Source: Lama guanicoe
Lineage: Eukaryota
Assembly (NCBI GenBank): GCA_013239625.1
Contig: MU056550.1
Location: 310,001-374,000, forward strand
Direction: 5' to 3'
DNA length: 64,000 nt
Shown: positions 47,701 through 59,885 of the stretch, piece after piece
Layout of the letters: each line of letters begins with the position of its first letter
Numbering within the stretch: the stretch's first letter is position 1
The notes under the pieces: model-generated
Seen by the model: the letters and a program-made list of their open reading frames with translations, nothing else
Databases searched by the model: none
What the model was told of the DNA's origin: nothing
Program-made: the position numbers and the translations under genes

Positions 47701-49779
47701 TTTTCTTTATGAGATTCTGACCAGTGGTGTCTGCTTAAGATTTCTGTGCAGAGAGACCATGGGAATTGGAGCGGTGACTGCTCGTGCCAGACTCCTTCAG
47801 GTCAAAGAACAGATTTTGGCAGGCGTTCTGGGTGTTGGGTCCCACAGCAGGAGAATGTGACCAGGGTGACTCTCCACAGGCAGGGTCTGGGCCACCCTCA
47901 GGGCACGGGGAAGAGGGCCTGAGCTGGCTGCTGTTATGGGACAGAAGACATGCCCCCAAGTCGTGTGGAGGGAAATCATTTACTGTCATGCCAGGGCCTC
48001 TGTGACAATAGTGTGTGTTCCCGAGGTGACCAGAGAGGATCAGGGCTTGGGATGCTGCTGGGGTCCCAGTTCGGCTTCAATCTGGGCAGAGAGTGATCTC
48101 TGACCAAATCAGGGCTGAGTCCTATGGCCAGGTCTGTATGAGTTCAATGATTTCTTTTAAGTTTCAAATTCCCAGGAGGGGAGAGTGAATTTGATGAGCT
48201 CAGCTTGAGTCAGATGCCAACCATCAGTCAACCATCTGTGGCCAAAGGGCACTTAGCTACCATGTACTGGGGTAATTTCCAAAGAAGGGGGCACTGTTAC
48301 AAACCAGGGAGCCACCAGATGTGTACGTATTTTCAGAAGCGTTCTAACATTCTTCCTGGGGCACGTCCTCTGGTATTTCTGACCCTAAACTTCCCTTCTA
48401 TCCACTGAATCCTCCCTGTGGGGCCCACTCACAGCTTGGACTTGCAGAGGAGGTGATTTCTCAGGGGGACATGGAGCCTGTGGGAAGCAGGTGCCTTTCT
48501 TCTTTACAGTTGGGTGGTTTGTATAAAGGTGAGTTGGGCTTATGGATAAGCATGCAGACACTCCCATGGGCCCCAGACATTTAGATCTGGGGTGATCCTT
48601 TGGTACTGCTTTGGACAGGGTGGGTCTCAGAGAGCCTACCTCAGCCATGGTCCACGTCAGGGGATTCTGTGTGGGGAGCATGTGGCTCCCACCATGGAGG
48701 CCTAAGTTGGTTAGATCAGGGTGGTCAGCCTGTGGGTTGGTTGTGGCTACGGAGGTATTAGAGCAACAGGAATAATAGTGACTGTCTGGACCAATCAGAC
48801 CTTTCTGCTCAGAAATTTGAAGTCAAGATACAGGGGATCTCATTGGCTGGTAGCAGGAGCAGAAGTTAAGAGAAAGTTCACGGTGAAGCGTCAGAGCTGT
48901 CATCCTCCAGCTACTGCCACTGAGGGTTGATGTGATAGCACTGGGGCTCTTGATTCCTAAACAGCCTTCCAGTTCTTAAAGAGATTTTTACGCACTTAGG
49001 GATGCAGCCAGGTGTGATGCCCATTATCTTAAGAGGCCACAAGTCAGAGACACCTGTCTACCTCCTTGCTACACATGTTCTTCGGTGAGTCCTCATTTCT
49101 CAAGGTGACTGGTGTCTCTGCTGTTTGCATCCACGAGAAGGATATTGGGTCAAAGAGTGAATCAAGCACGTGGATATCTTTTTGCTCCAGATCCCGCTCC
49201 AGATCCCCAGATGTCATAGAAAAGGTGTAAACAATTCCTAATAGCACTGGAAAACCAGAAGCATGCCCTCGGTGGGCCAGACTTTATTTAAAAAAAATTT
49301 GTTTTTAGAAGTTGGAAAGCAAATGGAAAAGAATGAACAGCAAGCAGTGCTGCAAAAGACATTTGGGAGTGCCGAGTCTAGGGGTGTGCCAAACTCAGAG
49401 AGGGCCGGTGGGGGCCAGGAGGGAGCCAGGAGGGGCGGCCAGCAGCGCGGATACTGGATGTGGAGTAGGCAGATGGCTTGGCCCCTTCTTGGTCACCTGT
49501 CTCCAAGTGGGGAGTGATGGTGCGGTTGTTTGCACCTGAGAGGTGGGACCTTGAAGGTGGGCTCAGTCTCAGAAGAGGCACAACTGAAGTAGAGATCAGT
49601 GAGGCCAGAAATCCAGCTGAGGAAGTCTCCCAAAAGTGCCCAAGGACAAAGAATTGGACAATGAGATTCTAATCCCAATCTCCAAATCCCAATCCCTGAC
49701 AAACAGGAGTTGGCAGAGAGAAAGAAGTGGAGGAACTTCTAAAAGAAGTAGTAGTAAAATAATTTCCAGGGCTGAAGAA

Positions 49780-49915
49780 AGATTTGTGTGTATGTGGCTC
49801 AATTTTTCCTTCTGTAAAATGGGTATAATGATAGCATCTAGCAGAGGATCATGGCAAGTATTACCAGGCCAGCCATATGGTAAAACTCCACACCAGCTAC
49901 TAACACTATAATTGT
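49780..49915 (+). mobile_element. MIR fragment
   Basis: ctcaatttttccttctgtaaaatgggtataatgatagcatct. Confidence 0.7.
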
Positions 49916-49929
49916 TAATATCATTATTG

Positions 49930-51380
49930 AAAGATGCCAAAGGGCCAAGTGTGTTGAATAAGAAGTGCTTGAAACTCCAGACAATCATAGAAAAATTTCT
50001 TAATGTCAGGGACAAAGAGAAATATCATAAAACCTTTCAGAAAGAGCAAAACATCAAAACGGAAACAGATTCTCTGTAAAATAACAAGCGTGAGAGACAC
50101 TAGACACAAGAATACATGGAGCCAAGGATTCCAAGCTCCAAGGGAAAATAATTTAAAGGTAGAATTACATACCTTGCCTAAAATGTCCAAAAAGATAAAG
50201 ATATTTTTAGAGAGGCCAGGACCTACAAAGCTTACCTCTCATAATCCATCTGAAAAAAATTAATAGGGAAATGAGAGATGAATTGAAGAGGAGACTGGGA
50301 CACAAGTGCAGTGGTGTGTGAAAAACTAGTAAGATTTAGAGTGAGAGATAAATAATCTTTGATTGTTAAAAATAATGGTGATCTAGCAGTAAAATTCCAG
50401 AGGATATAAATGTGGGAAGAGACAGAGGAGAGGTAGGGAGGGGTAGAAGGAAGCAAAGAATAGTCTGGGTTTTGTTTTGTTCAAGAGGAAGATACAGAGA
50501 CATTCCTTCTAGATGTTGATAGATAATTTAAATTTAAATACAGACATGGAGTTTTTAAGGGTATCCTCTGGAAGAATAGAAAAAGAATGTTACAAAGAGA
50601 AATATGACACATTAGGCAGCGACAATGTGATAAAAATCCTTGGTTCGTTCGACAACAGGTAGGAAGTAGGGTGCGGATGAAGAAAGGAAAAGGCAGAGTA
50701 AATAGAAAACACAAAACAGAATGGCAAGAATCAGTCTACAGCAACTGTGAGTGACCCAAATATACCTACTGAGAGAAATCTCAGGTTAGGTGTCAAAATT
50801 TAGCTCTATGCTATTTCTGAGAAGCACATCGAGAACAAAAGTGACACGGGGTGTGGAAAATAAAACAGCTGTGAAGAGGTATGCTGGGAAAATATTAACA
50901 GCAACAGAAAAGCAAGTGTTTTGCTGTTGACATTAGATAACATATAATTCAAGATAAAAAGTACGAAAGGGATAAAGAGGGATGGCTGGTATGTAGAGAA
51001 GGTACAATCAACTGACAGAGATACAGCAATCATGAACCTAATGTTACCTAATACCATAGCTTCAAAATATAATAAACAAAAAGTGATGGGTGAAAACACA
51101 GGGCAAAGTTGATACTTCTATAATCAGCACGGAGCTCTTTATCTCTTTTTCAACAGATCTAGGAGATGAAAATAAGTGAGCATATAGAAGATTTTAATAA
51201 CATAGGTACTAGTTGATCATATATATTTGTGTATCTATATATTAAGTTTTAGTCGATGAATAGGTAATACTCACTGTTTTCAAGCACACATGAAACACTG
51301 AATATTCACAAAAATTGATGTGTATTAGGCTACAACAGAAATGTCAACCAATACCAATAGATAAAAACTGCACAGCCCAG
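49930..51380 (+). mobile_element. Old L1ME remnant (ORF1 end and decayed ORF2 endonuclease region)
   Basis: gggacaaagagaaatatc..; ctatgctatttctgagaagcaca..gggataaagaggga..atagcttcaaaatata; many stops and frameshifts. Confidence 0.75.
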
Positions 51381-52262
51381 ACTGCTGCTTTTCTGGTGTG
51401 CACACTCAATACCGTGACCTCCTCTTCTTGTGAAAACGGTGCTGGAGGAATGTAATTTTTTTCTCTTAAATGCATTGCTAAACTAGGAAGAAAGAAATAA
51501 TGAGGTCAAATGCTTAGTGAAGGCAGGCGCCCCTCCAATTCTTTGGATTTTTGCCCCAAGGGCATTTACTGGACTGAGTAAGCCTGAACTTGGATTTGGA
51601 ACAGGAGGCAAAGGCCAGGGCCAGGTGGAGTCTACTAGGAAACCCACATTTGCATTGTAAGGCAACCAAAAGTAGCTCCCGATCCTCACTGTAAGGAGAA
51701 TCATCTGTCTTTACATCTGGCACTAAGTGGAGGAGGGAAAAACATTCCCCTGGGCATTAATCAACACAAGTTGGCTCTTCTTGGGCTGCAAACCTGAATT
51801 CACACTACCTGACAGGTCTGAGAAATGCCAAGTTACATAGGCAAGATAACTAAGATTTTCCTTTTTCTTATTGTGAGGAGGCTGCCAGGCCATTTGATTT
51901 CTTGGATTTAGAGCTTTTGTAGGACTAAAAGCAGAAGCTGCCTGAAGACAGCTCTTCTCCCTGTCATTTGTGGTGTCCAGGTGGTGTCCCTGAGGCTAGA
52001 GGGGAGTGAATGCTCCAACCTGGAAGGGGGCAGGGGTTTGGCTGTCCCATAGCAAGTGGAGGGACCTTTAGACCCTGGGAGGGTAGCGCCAAGAATGACC
52101 CATGGCATTTCTGCCACACTGGTGGGGTGGGGTCATGAAGTGGGATTTAATTAGATTCAAAGAAAATAAAGAAATGTGATATTTCTGGGACACTCGAGTT
52201 TTGAATGAAAGCTCAGATTGATTCAGTGTCAGAATTAATCTCTCTTCCTTTGTTTACACAGA

Positions 52263-52445
52263 TCAGTGCTCTCCTAACTTTACTGTGCATCAAAATCACG
52301 GGATGTGCTTGCTAAAATTGCAGATTTCTGGGTTCTGTCCCCAGAGATTCCATAGGTCGGGGGGTGGGGTAAGGGTGAGACACAACAGTTGGTGTTTTTT
52401 GGCAAGTGCCCCCTGCAGTTCTGATGAGGGTGGTCCTCAGTCTTA
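52263..52445. mobile_element. MER5-family MITE
   Basis: tgtgcatcaaaatcac..gcttgctaaaattgcagatttctggg..ccagagattc. Confidence 0.75.
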
Positions 52446-52451
52446 GCCCAA

Positions 52452-52622
52452 ATAGTGGTTCTGCTCATTTGAATTACCTTGGGAGCTTTTAAATGTTTCA
52501 ATGCCCAGACAACACCCCAGGCCAATTAACCTTAATGTCTACAGGTGGGATTCAGGCATCAGTATTTTTAAAAAAGGTCACCAGGGGATTCTAAAATGCT
52601 GCCATGGTTGAGAACCACTGTC
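52452..52622. mobile_element. MER5A MITE
   Basis: agtggttct..gggagcttttaaa..atgcccag..ggcatcagtattttt..ggttgagaaccactg. Confidence 0.85.
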
Positions 52623-52704
52623 CTAAATTGTGTGGTTGTTGGGGGCAAGCATTGGAGACCCCTGGTTATCCTCGTGTTCCTCTATGCTGGAGAAGTACTC
52701 CCAA

Positions 52705-52855
52705 ACCCATCCATCCACCTGTCCATCCACCTGTCTACCTGCCTGCCCATCCATCCATCCATCAATGATCATTCACTCAACAAATATTTTTTGAGTCTAT
52801 GCTCTGCCAGTCTCTGTTCTAGGCATTGGAGATACAGAAGCAAACAAAATGGGCA
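52705..52855 (-). mobile_element. L2 3' end with a (CCAT)n tail
   Basis: ccatccatcc..cattcactcaacaaatattttttgag..aggcattggagataca. Confidence 0.8.
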
Positions 52856-53069
52856 ACCCCACCCCCCACCAATCTTAAGCAACTGTTTCATTTGAAAAAG
52901 GTAAGACAGATATAAGCGCAAAGTCTTGTACAAGGATGTCCAATGCAGCATCATTTGTGAGAATGAAAAAATTTTAAAGAATCCAAATGCCTAACAATGG
53001 AGATGATTAAACTACAGAATCAAGTGCAGCAAAAGCAGGCACTAGCATATGGCAGAGATCTAGGTAGCC

Positions 53070-53280
53070 CCACCATTCCCAGGCTGTAGGTCCTTAGGCA
53101 AGTTACCTAATGACTCTAGGCTTAACTTTCCTCATCTATAAAATGGGGACAATAATGTTATCCTCCTCAAAAGTTTGATTGATTGATTGACCTATTGTTG
53201 AATTAAATGAGATAGTGCATTAGAAAGCTTAGTAGAGGCCACGGCAGAGATGGAACTCTAATAAATGTAAGTTACAATTT
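53070..53280 (+). mobile_element. MIR SINE
   Basis: ccttaggcaagttacctaa..tttcctcatctataaaatggggacaataat..attaaatgagata. Confidence 0.85.
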
Positions 53281-53384
53281 TTTTTCCTGCATTAATTGTT
53301 ATTATTGTTGTAATGCATGGTTTTAGTAGAAAAAAGTACCAGGTTTAGAAGCAGAAAACTTGAGTTCTTTTCCTTAACTATATC

Positions 53385-53462
53385 ACATTCAGGTTAATTG
53401 ACCTGGGGTGTGGCCTGGGCATTGAAACATTTAAAAGCTCCCCAGGTAACTTGAATGAGCAG
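53385..53462 (-). repeat. Inverted copy of 52461-52538 (a MER5A segment)
   Basis: 65/72 identical to the reverse complement of 52461-52532. Confidence 0.85.
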
Positions 53463-53467
53463 GAACA

Positions 53468-53680
53468 GTTTGCCCCCTAGTAACCAGAAGTTTGTTTTCT
53501 ATGTCTGTGAGTCTGTTTCTGTTTTGCATAGAAGTTCATTTATATCTGTTTTTTAAAGATCCCACAGATAAGCGATATCATATGATATTTTTCTTTCTCT
53601 TTCTGACTTAACTTCACTCAGTCTGACAATCTCCAGGTCCATCCATGTTGCTGAAAATGGCATTATTTTATTCTTTTAAA
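53468..53680 (-). mobile_element. Internal L1 3'UTR fragment (cetartiodactyl-type), no poly-A
   Basis: gtaaccagaagtttgttttctatgtctgtgagtctgtttctg..ctccaggtccatccatgttgctgaaaatggcatt. Confidence 0.85.
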
Positions 53681-54194
53681 AATTAATTAATTAATTATTT
53701 CAACCTATTTTAGGTAGGTCTTTAAAAAAAAAAACCCAAACCTATGAAAATATATGCAAAACCGGAGGAAACTGTAGAATGAACTCCTATGCACCCATCA
53801 CTCATCTTCAAGTAGTCAGCGCATGGGCAGCATCTCAGAAGATGGGTCTTTAAGTGTAACTTGAATGCAGTGAGTTGAGGGGGTCTCAGGAGGCTTAATA
53901 ATTCCTGGGATCCAGGGGCCCCCCGGTATCAGGAGCAAGCCGCAGCCTTGATGCTGAAGAGTGCATGAGAGACTGACCTCTGTGCAGAGCACCTGGTTAC
54001 CTGCATGCGAGGCATGTCTCTGAGATCCAGGGGGTCCAGACCTGATGAAAGAAAAGGGTAACAGTAAATGTTGTTTAGTGAGCTCTCACTCTGAACCAGA
54101 CACCCTAATACATTATGTTATTTGTTTTTAGGAATTCTTATGTCTAGAACACATCATGCTTTATTCTTTTTAAAAACAATTTCTTCTTAAAAAT

Positions 54195-54345
54195 ATTTTT
54201 AATATTATTTATTTATTTATTAATTTTTTGGAGGGGGAGGTAATTAGGTTTGTTTATTTATTTTTAGGAGGTACTGGGGATTGAACCCAGGACTTTGTGC
54301 ATGCTAGGCATGCACTCTACCACTGAGCTATACCCTTACCCACCC
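54195..54345 (-). mobile_element. tRNA-Ala-derived SINE (vic-1-like)
   Basis: ggggaggtaattaggttt..ggaggtactggggattgaacccaggac..ctctaccactgagctatacc. Confidence 0.9.
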
Positions 54346-54354
54346 CCCCCCCGA

Positions 54355-54510
54355 CTCCATTCTCCATAAATCCCTCACCAGGTAGGCACTTTTATTATTC
54401 ACAGACTAGAAAAGGGACCTCCATGAACTGAGGGTCAAAGGGTGGGTGAGTGGTGAGTCTAGATTTGGACCTGGGTCTGACCCCAAAGCCTGAAGCTTTC
54501 TGTCTCTCCT
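54355..54510 (-). mobile_element. MIR fragment
   Basis: aggtaggcacttttattatt..ctagatttggacctgggtctgaccccaaagcc. Confidence 0.65.
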
Positions 54511-55719
54511 TCCTACCATCTAAAGGAGGTCCCAGGCAGGCTGGAAGGAAAATACAGGAGGCTCTGAAAGCACACGTGGCCTTGCCACTGCTTGCCCACA
54601 GATGAATTTGGGAAGATCAAGACTTAGCCCACGACCTGCTAGGAGAGCCGTTTGGAAGCTTGGCACACGCTTGGCACACGCCATCTGAGCCGGTGTCCGA
54701 TGGATACTGGAGCTCTTGTGATGCTGACAGCCCTGGTGACATGGGTGTCTTCTCTCAGCCACCAAACAGGCTTGTTCTTCTATGACTTGTCATTCAACTT
54801 GGCCCTTGTGTTGGCTTCCCTGCCATTGCCAACATCTCCACTTGCTTTAGCTTTGAAGTCTAAAACTGGACCCAATATTTCAATAAAAGCCTCTTTCAAG
54901 TTACACACTGTGGAAGGATTAATACTATGTTTATTGACTGAATTAATTATTGCATGAGTTCTGGGGTCCATACGTAATGATTTCAACATTGTCCTTATAA
55001 TGGGTTTTTCTCCCTAGAAATTGTGACTGCTGTTCAAATTGGTTGCCCTGTAGCAGCTACTGGAATTTCAGGGAAGGACTCATTATTTTTGCATATTTCA
55101 TGCTTCATTTTCTGCTGAAAATGATTCACATTAGCTAATTGTGAATGTGTTGTTCAGGTCATGGCCGCCTGGTGTAAACTCCATATGGGAGTGATAAATC
55201 TCGCCTCCTCTGGGCTCAGGGAAGGTGCCTCTTGGCTTGAGGGTGGAGGTGATGGGAGGGAGAGAGGCAACATCCAAAGGCCAAGTAAGTTGGAAGTGAA
55301 GTTGTTACATGGGAAAGAAACCCATACTCCAGCACTGACCCAACTGGAGCTTGGAGATGTGTTTTGGAAAGATGGAAAGCCTGGCTCCCTTCTTCCCCCA
55401 GTGATGGACACCTGACCTCTTTTCTCTCACAGAGAACAGTCCCTCTGTGATCTCATTTCATCCCCACAGTCCAGCAGGGCTCTCTGGGGTCCAGCAGGGC
55501 CCTTTATCTTCCCATCACATTTGAGAAATAGAAGGCTGTGGGAAAGAAAATGCCTTGTTCACAGTCACCCAGAAACAGTGGCAAGGTCAGGTCTTACATA
55601 CCTACTTCAGAGCTCTATAGAGCTGATGTCTTCAGGTAGTGCAACACAGCACTTTCCTATTGATTAGTGTCACGAACACATGTATCATTTTTTGACTGCT
55701 CACCATTGCTTTGGGTGAC

Positions 55720-56100
55720 CTGATGGTTTGGGTGATTCCATCACCTGAGAGCCAGGACTGAGCGTGTGATCCAAGCTGACCAATCAGAGTATTCCATGTC
55801 CTGGACCTCAGTGATTGGTTCAAGACGTGAACATGTGACCCAAGCTGGGCAAATGAGATCCCTCTCCAGGATATTTGCTGAAACTCTTGAAAAAGAAGTT
55901 CTCTCCTTTTCTTGGTTTGTCTTGCTTTGAGAAAGATGTAAGCCTAGAGCTGGCACTGGGAGTACAGTGAGCACAGATGAAATAGTGTCCTGTGAGATTG
56001 TTTGACCCCTTGGGCTCAGCCATGCCTATAACCAGGTGAAATCCTAGAACTTCTGGTTATAAGCATCGTTAGATTCCTTCCCCAAGACAGTGGTGTGCAT
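55720..56100 (+). mobile_element. MaLR LTR (MLT1K/L-like)
   Basis: gaccaatcagagtattccat..cagtgattggttcaag..catgtgacccaagctgggc..cagccatgcct. Confidence 0.7.
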
Positions 56101-56199
56101 ACCTATTGGTCTGTCATAGTTATTAATAGCACCCATGTCACTCTCATGAGTGTACCCGTTAGGATGATACATATTGTCTGGTCACTCTACCCTTGGACT

Positions 56200-56370
56200 T
56201 TGGTTTTTGCTCTGAGTGAAATAGGACTTGAACTGAATGATGAGTAGGAAGGTGAAGAGGGGTAGAAAGAGGATTCCAGGCAGAGTGAAGAGCTTGTGCA
56301 AAGGCCCTGTGGTGAGAGAGAAGGGCAAGATCAGGCCTAGGTTTTGAAGGATCATGCTGAGTGTACCACA
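56200..56370 (-). mobile_element. L2 fragment
   Basis: gattccaggcagagtgaagagcttgtgcaaaggccctgtggtgaga. Confidence 0.75.
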
Positions 56371-57879
56371 AAAGATGGGTGGGATGGGATGGAGCTGGTA
56401 CAAATAAAGGAAAGAATGGCCATGATCTAGGTGAGGAATGATGCTTGAGCGTATGTAAGTTGCTGAGCACAGCACCTGCCACCTAGAACGGAAAGTGCCC
56501 AATGGACGTTATCATCTACCAAGAACCCAAGTCTCCCAGACAATAGAAACATGGGTCCCAGGCTCTGGTTCTGGCCAGAATCAGTGAGCCTGACACCTTC
56601 TCAAAGAATACTTTTTAACTAGACATTAATCTGGCTGTTGGTACCAGGCCTCTTTAGTAAAACAGCAGACAATGCCACTCCGGTATGGCATGTTGCAAGA
56701 CCAATGTCTTCATGCAATTTGAAAAAATTAATCTAATAAATTACTTCCTCCTAGAGAGTGGAACTAAAACTTTCCTAATAAGTAGGGAGTTAATTTCTCT
56801 TCCTTTGTGTTGTGGTTGGATTCTGTGACAGCTACAACACAAATTTGTATAATCTCACACTCTCAGCAGGAAATAATGAAAGAAAAAGTGGTTTTGACAA
56901 ATAATTATGAATGAACTGATCTGAATACACAAGAGCTGTTACTGTAAGCTGAATAGTATGTGAAAGGTGAATAGTGAGTTCTGGACGCTCTTTCTGATGA
57001 TCTCCTGACTCTTGAAGGCACAGCCTTTTGGGATGGACTGTATCTTGTCCACTGTGACACTCACACTTATGAACTCTCCGCCATGTGATCACTTCAGACT
57101 TGCAATTTCTTTCTCCCTTGGGGAGCCTTCTGATCCCTGCCATGGGCTGGGGCCTGGGGCTGGGGCTGGGGCTAGGACAGGGGTGTGATGTGTGCTGCAC
57201 CAACCAGCCATGTTCTCTCCTGGATTCATTAGCAGAGACCCTGGGGGAATATCTGGGAGACCCCTGGGTGGGGTCAGAGCTGGGGACTTAGTCAGGACCA
57301 GAGGTCAGCTTGTTTGGGACATCGGGCATAGCCCAGACAGAATGCATGTGGCTGGAGGGTGTAGCCTTCAGTTAAAGAATGAGTTAACATATTTTGGTAG
57401 GGGTCATGGAAGAGAAGAGAGCCCTCTTTGGGGAAAGACCAGTGAATGGCTGCCAGCTTGATGGACCAGGGGAAACCTGCACTTTGTCTGATGTGAGGTG
57501 TGTCCTCAAGTCTGTGACTCTCCCAGGTCCAGCCTGTTAGAGTTCCCCACTCTATGTGCCTCAGCATGGCCTTCCTCTTCCTGGGATGGGAAGGTAAAAC
57601 TGACATTGAACTCATCTCTCTCCAACCAGTCAGCGCCACTTTTGACCACATTGCATCACCTCTTTCTTGGATCACCGCACATCTTTAAAGCCAGGAGATA
57701 GGCTGAGTTTCACTCATTCTCTTGCTCAGCTGAGCCAGTCTCTGTTTGCACGTGTAAGTACACACATGAGTGTGCGAGGCAGGTACGGGGGTGCAGACTT
57801 GTCATGTACCTGTTCATTTGTTTGCTTTTCCTAACCATCCTATGGGCTCTTTCATACCTGTGGCCATTATCCTGAGTGG

Positions 57880-58300
57880 TACAGCTCCATGATGCTGACT
57901 GTTCCCTACTATCCATTCTCTCCTTCCAAGTAGTAGCTGGGCACTTGGCTATCAAGCTGGAAACTACATTTCCCAGCCTTCCTTGTGGCTAGGGAAGCCA
58001 AGTGACCCAGGTGACTAAATTTGGGCCAATAGGATGTGAGTGGAAGTGCCGGGCGCAGCTGTCTAGGTCATCACCTTAAGGACAGAGACTGATCCGATTG
58101 CCTCTTGCCGTATTTTGCTTGTTGGGAAATGACAATGGTGGCAGGAGTCACCTTGGATGCAGAGATGGAAGTTATACGTTGAGGATGGAGGCACTGAGTG
58201 CCCCTCCTGATCCCTGAACAACCTTGGAGGAGGGTGGGGCCAATTATCCTTTCTGGACTCCCATCCGCCTTTGGAAGACAAACAAATTATTTATGTCTCT
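57880..58300 (+). mobile_element. MLT1J-like LTR
   Basis: actacatttcccagccttccttgtggctagg..gtgactaa..ggccaataggatgtgagtggaagtg. Confidence 0.75.
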
Positions 58301-58399
58301 GCATTTCTGCATATCCTTGTCATCGTGGCATGTCTGTACTCTATCGGGTACCCATGCTCACTCTGCCTGTACATAGTGAAGACTGAAGCCTCCCCCAAA

Positions 58400-58580
58400 G
58401 AACTTTCAGAGCTGTCTTCTCATCTGATCTTAACAGCCACCCCTGTGAGTCAGTAAGGGCACATGGCCACCACCACAATTTGCAAATAGGGAGACCGAGG
58501 GCCAGAGAGGGCTGGGTTTTGTCCAATTCATGGATGCCAAGCAGGGAAAGAACCCAGGTCCCTGGCCTCCCAGGGCAGCC
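58400..58580 (-). mobile_element. MIR SINE
   Basis: tcatctgatcttaacagccacccctgtgag..ggagaccgagggccagagagg..gaacccagg. Confidence 0.7.
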
Positions 58581-58630
58581 CTTGTTCAATACGCCAGGCT
58601 ATTTGCTTGTAATACGCTGAATCAAGACCA

Positions 58631-58786
58631 NNNNNNNNNNNNNNNNNNNNNNNNNNNNNNNNNNNNNNNNNNNNNNNNNNNNNNNNNNNNNNNNNNNNNN
58701 NNNNNNNNNNNNNNNNNNNNNNNNNNNNNNNNNNNNNNNNNNNNNNNNNNNNNNNNNNNNNNNNNNNNNNNNNNNNNNNNNNNNNN
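58631..58786. other. Assembly gap (156 N)
   Basis: N run. Confidence 1.
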
Positions 58787-59034
58787 TGGCGGTCTCAAAT
58801 AAATATATCATTTTTATCAGGCAAGCGCTCTAGAAACAGCGTCTTCGGGAAATATGTCAAAATAATCTCTTGGGCTGCACTCCTTTCTGGAGGAAAGAAA
58901 TAGGATGGTGGCAGGAAAAAAGGCGATTAAAAGGAGTTTCCTTGCTTTATGACAATTTCACACTGTCATAAAGAAGGCTAATGAGAGGACTGGACAGCTG
59001 ATCTCCAAGTTCTCTTCGGTCTGATAGGCTTAGC

Positions 59035-59135
59035 AGGGGCGCAGGACTATGAGTCAGAGGTCAAGACCGCACTCTCACTTTTTGGCTGTGTGACATTAAG
59101 CTACTGTCTTGCCCTCTCTGAGCCTCCATTGGCCT
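59035..59135 (+). mobile_element. MIR fragment
   Basis: ggctgtgtgacattaag..ccctctctgagcctc. Confidence 0.6.
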
Positions 59136-59339
59136 ACCACATAGAGCTGTTTAGGTATGGAAATTTCTTATCAAATGTAGAGTGGGACCCCATTTAATAT
59201 TGTCACTACTGTTATTGATTAAGTCATAGATGGGAGGTGTAAAAGGAGAGAACTCCAGGGAATGGGGGTCTGATAACCATTGGCTGAGGAGTGTGTGTGT
59301 ATGTGAGTGTGTGCACTTGCATGTTCCTATCCGTGCCCC

Positions 59340-59885
59340 TCCTATAAATGCACCACCATCCACCCAGGCCTCACTAGTCAAAACCCAGAGCCATCTCAAC
59401 GTCTTGCTCTCCAATTCTTTTCATGAACAGTCAGTTCCCACTGAGCCCTGGAACATCTGACTCCCTAATTCCTTTTCCTGCATCATCTCCTGTTCTCCAC
59501 CCCCACTGTCACTGCCTTAAACAGGACATCATCACTGCTGATTGCTGCCTCAGTCTCCATGCAGAACTCCCTGTCCCAGTCTCTCCCCTCACTTGCTACT
59601 GTCTGATCCCAAAGCACAAGTTATGTCCCTCCTCTGCTGGATAAACTCCCATTGCCTACCAATAAAGTCCAACTTCCTCACCTTGGTACTTCGTGCCCTT
59701 CGTACTTGTCCAGCCCCAGTGTTGCCCAGCTCCTTCAGGCGACTCAGCAGTCCTCAGCGTGCCCTGTATTTAATGCTTCCATGTCTGCTCATGCTCTGAT
59801 CTGTCTGCAAGTTTCTCTTCTTCTGGGGCAACAGCTCTTCCTTTAAGGGGCAGCACGAGTGTCTCCTCTGGGTGAGCCCCGCCGG
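59340..59885 (+). mobile_element. L2 fragment
   Basis: gcaccaccatccacccagg..ataaagtccaacttcctca..tgtctcctct. Confidence 0.7.

Noticed and set aside
21370-54345. Four tRNA-Ala-like sequences as tRNA genes, all on the minus strand
   Set aside because: They have A-rich tails, TSDs in some copies and decayed stems, so they are SINEs. Four of four on one strand is too few to infer orientation bias.
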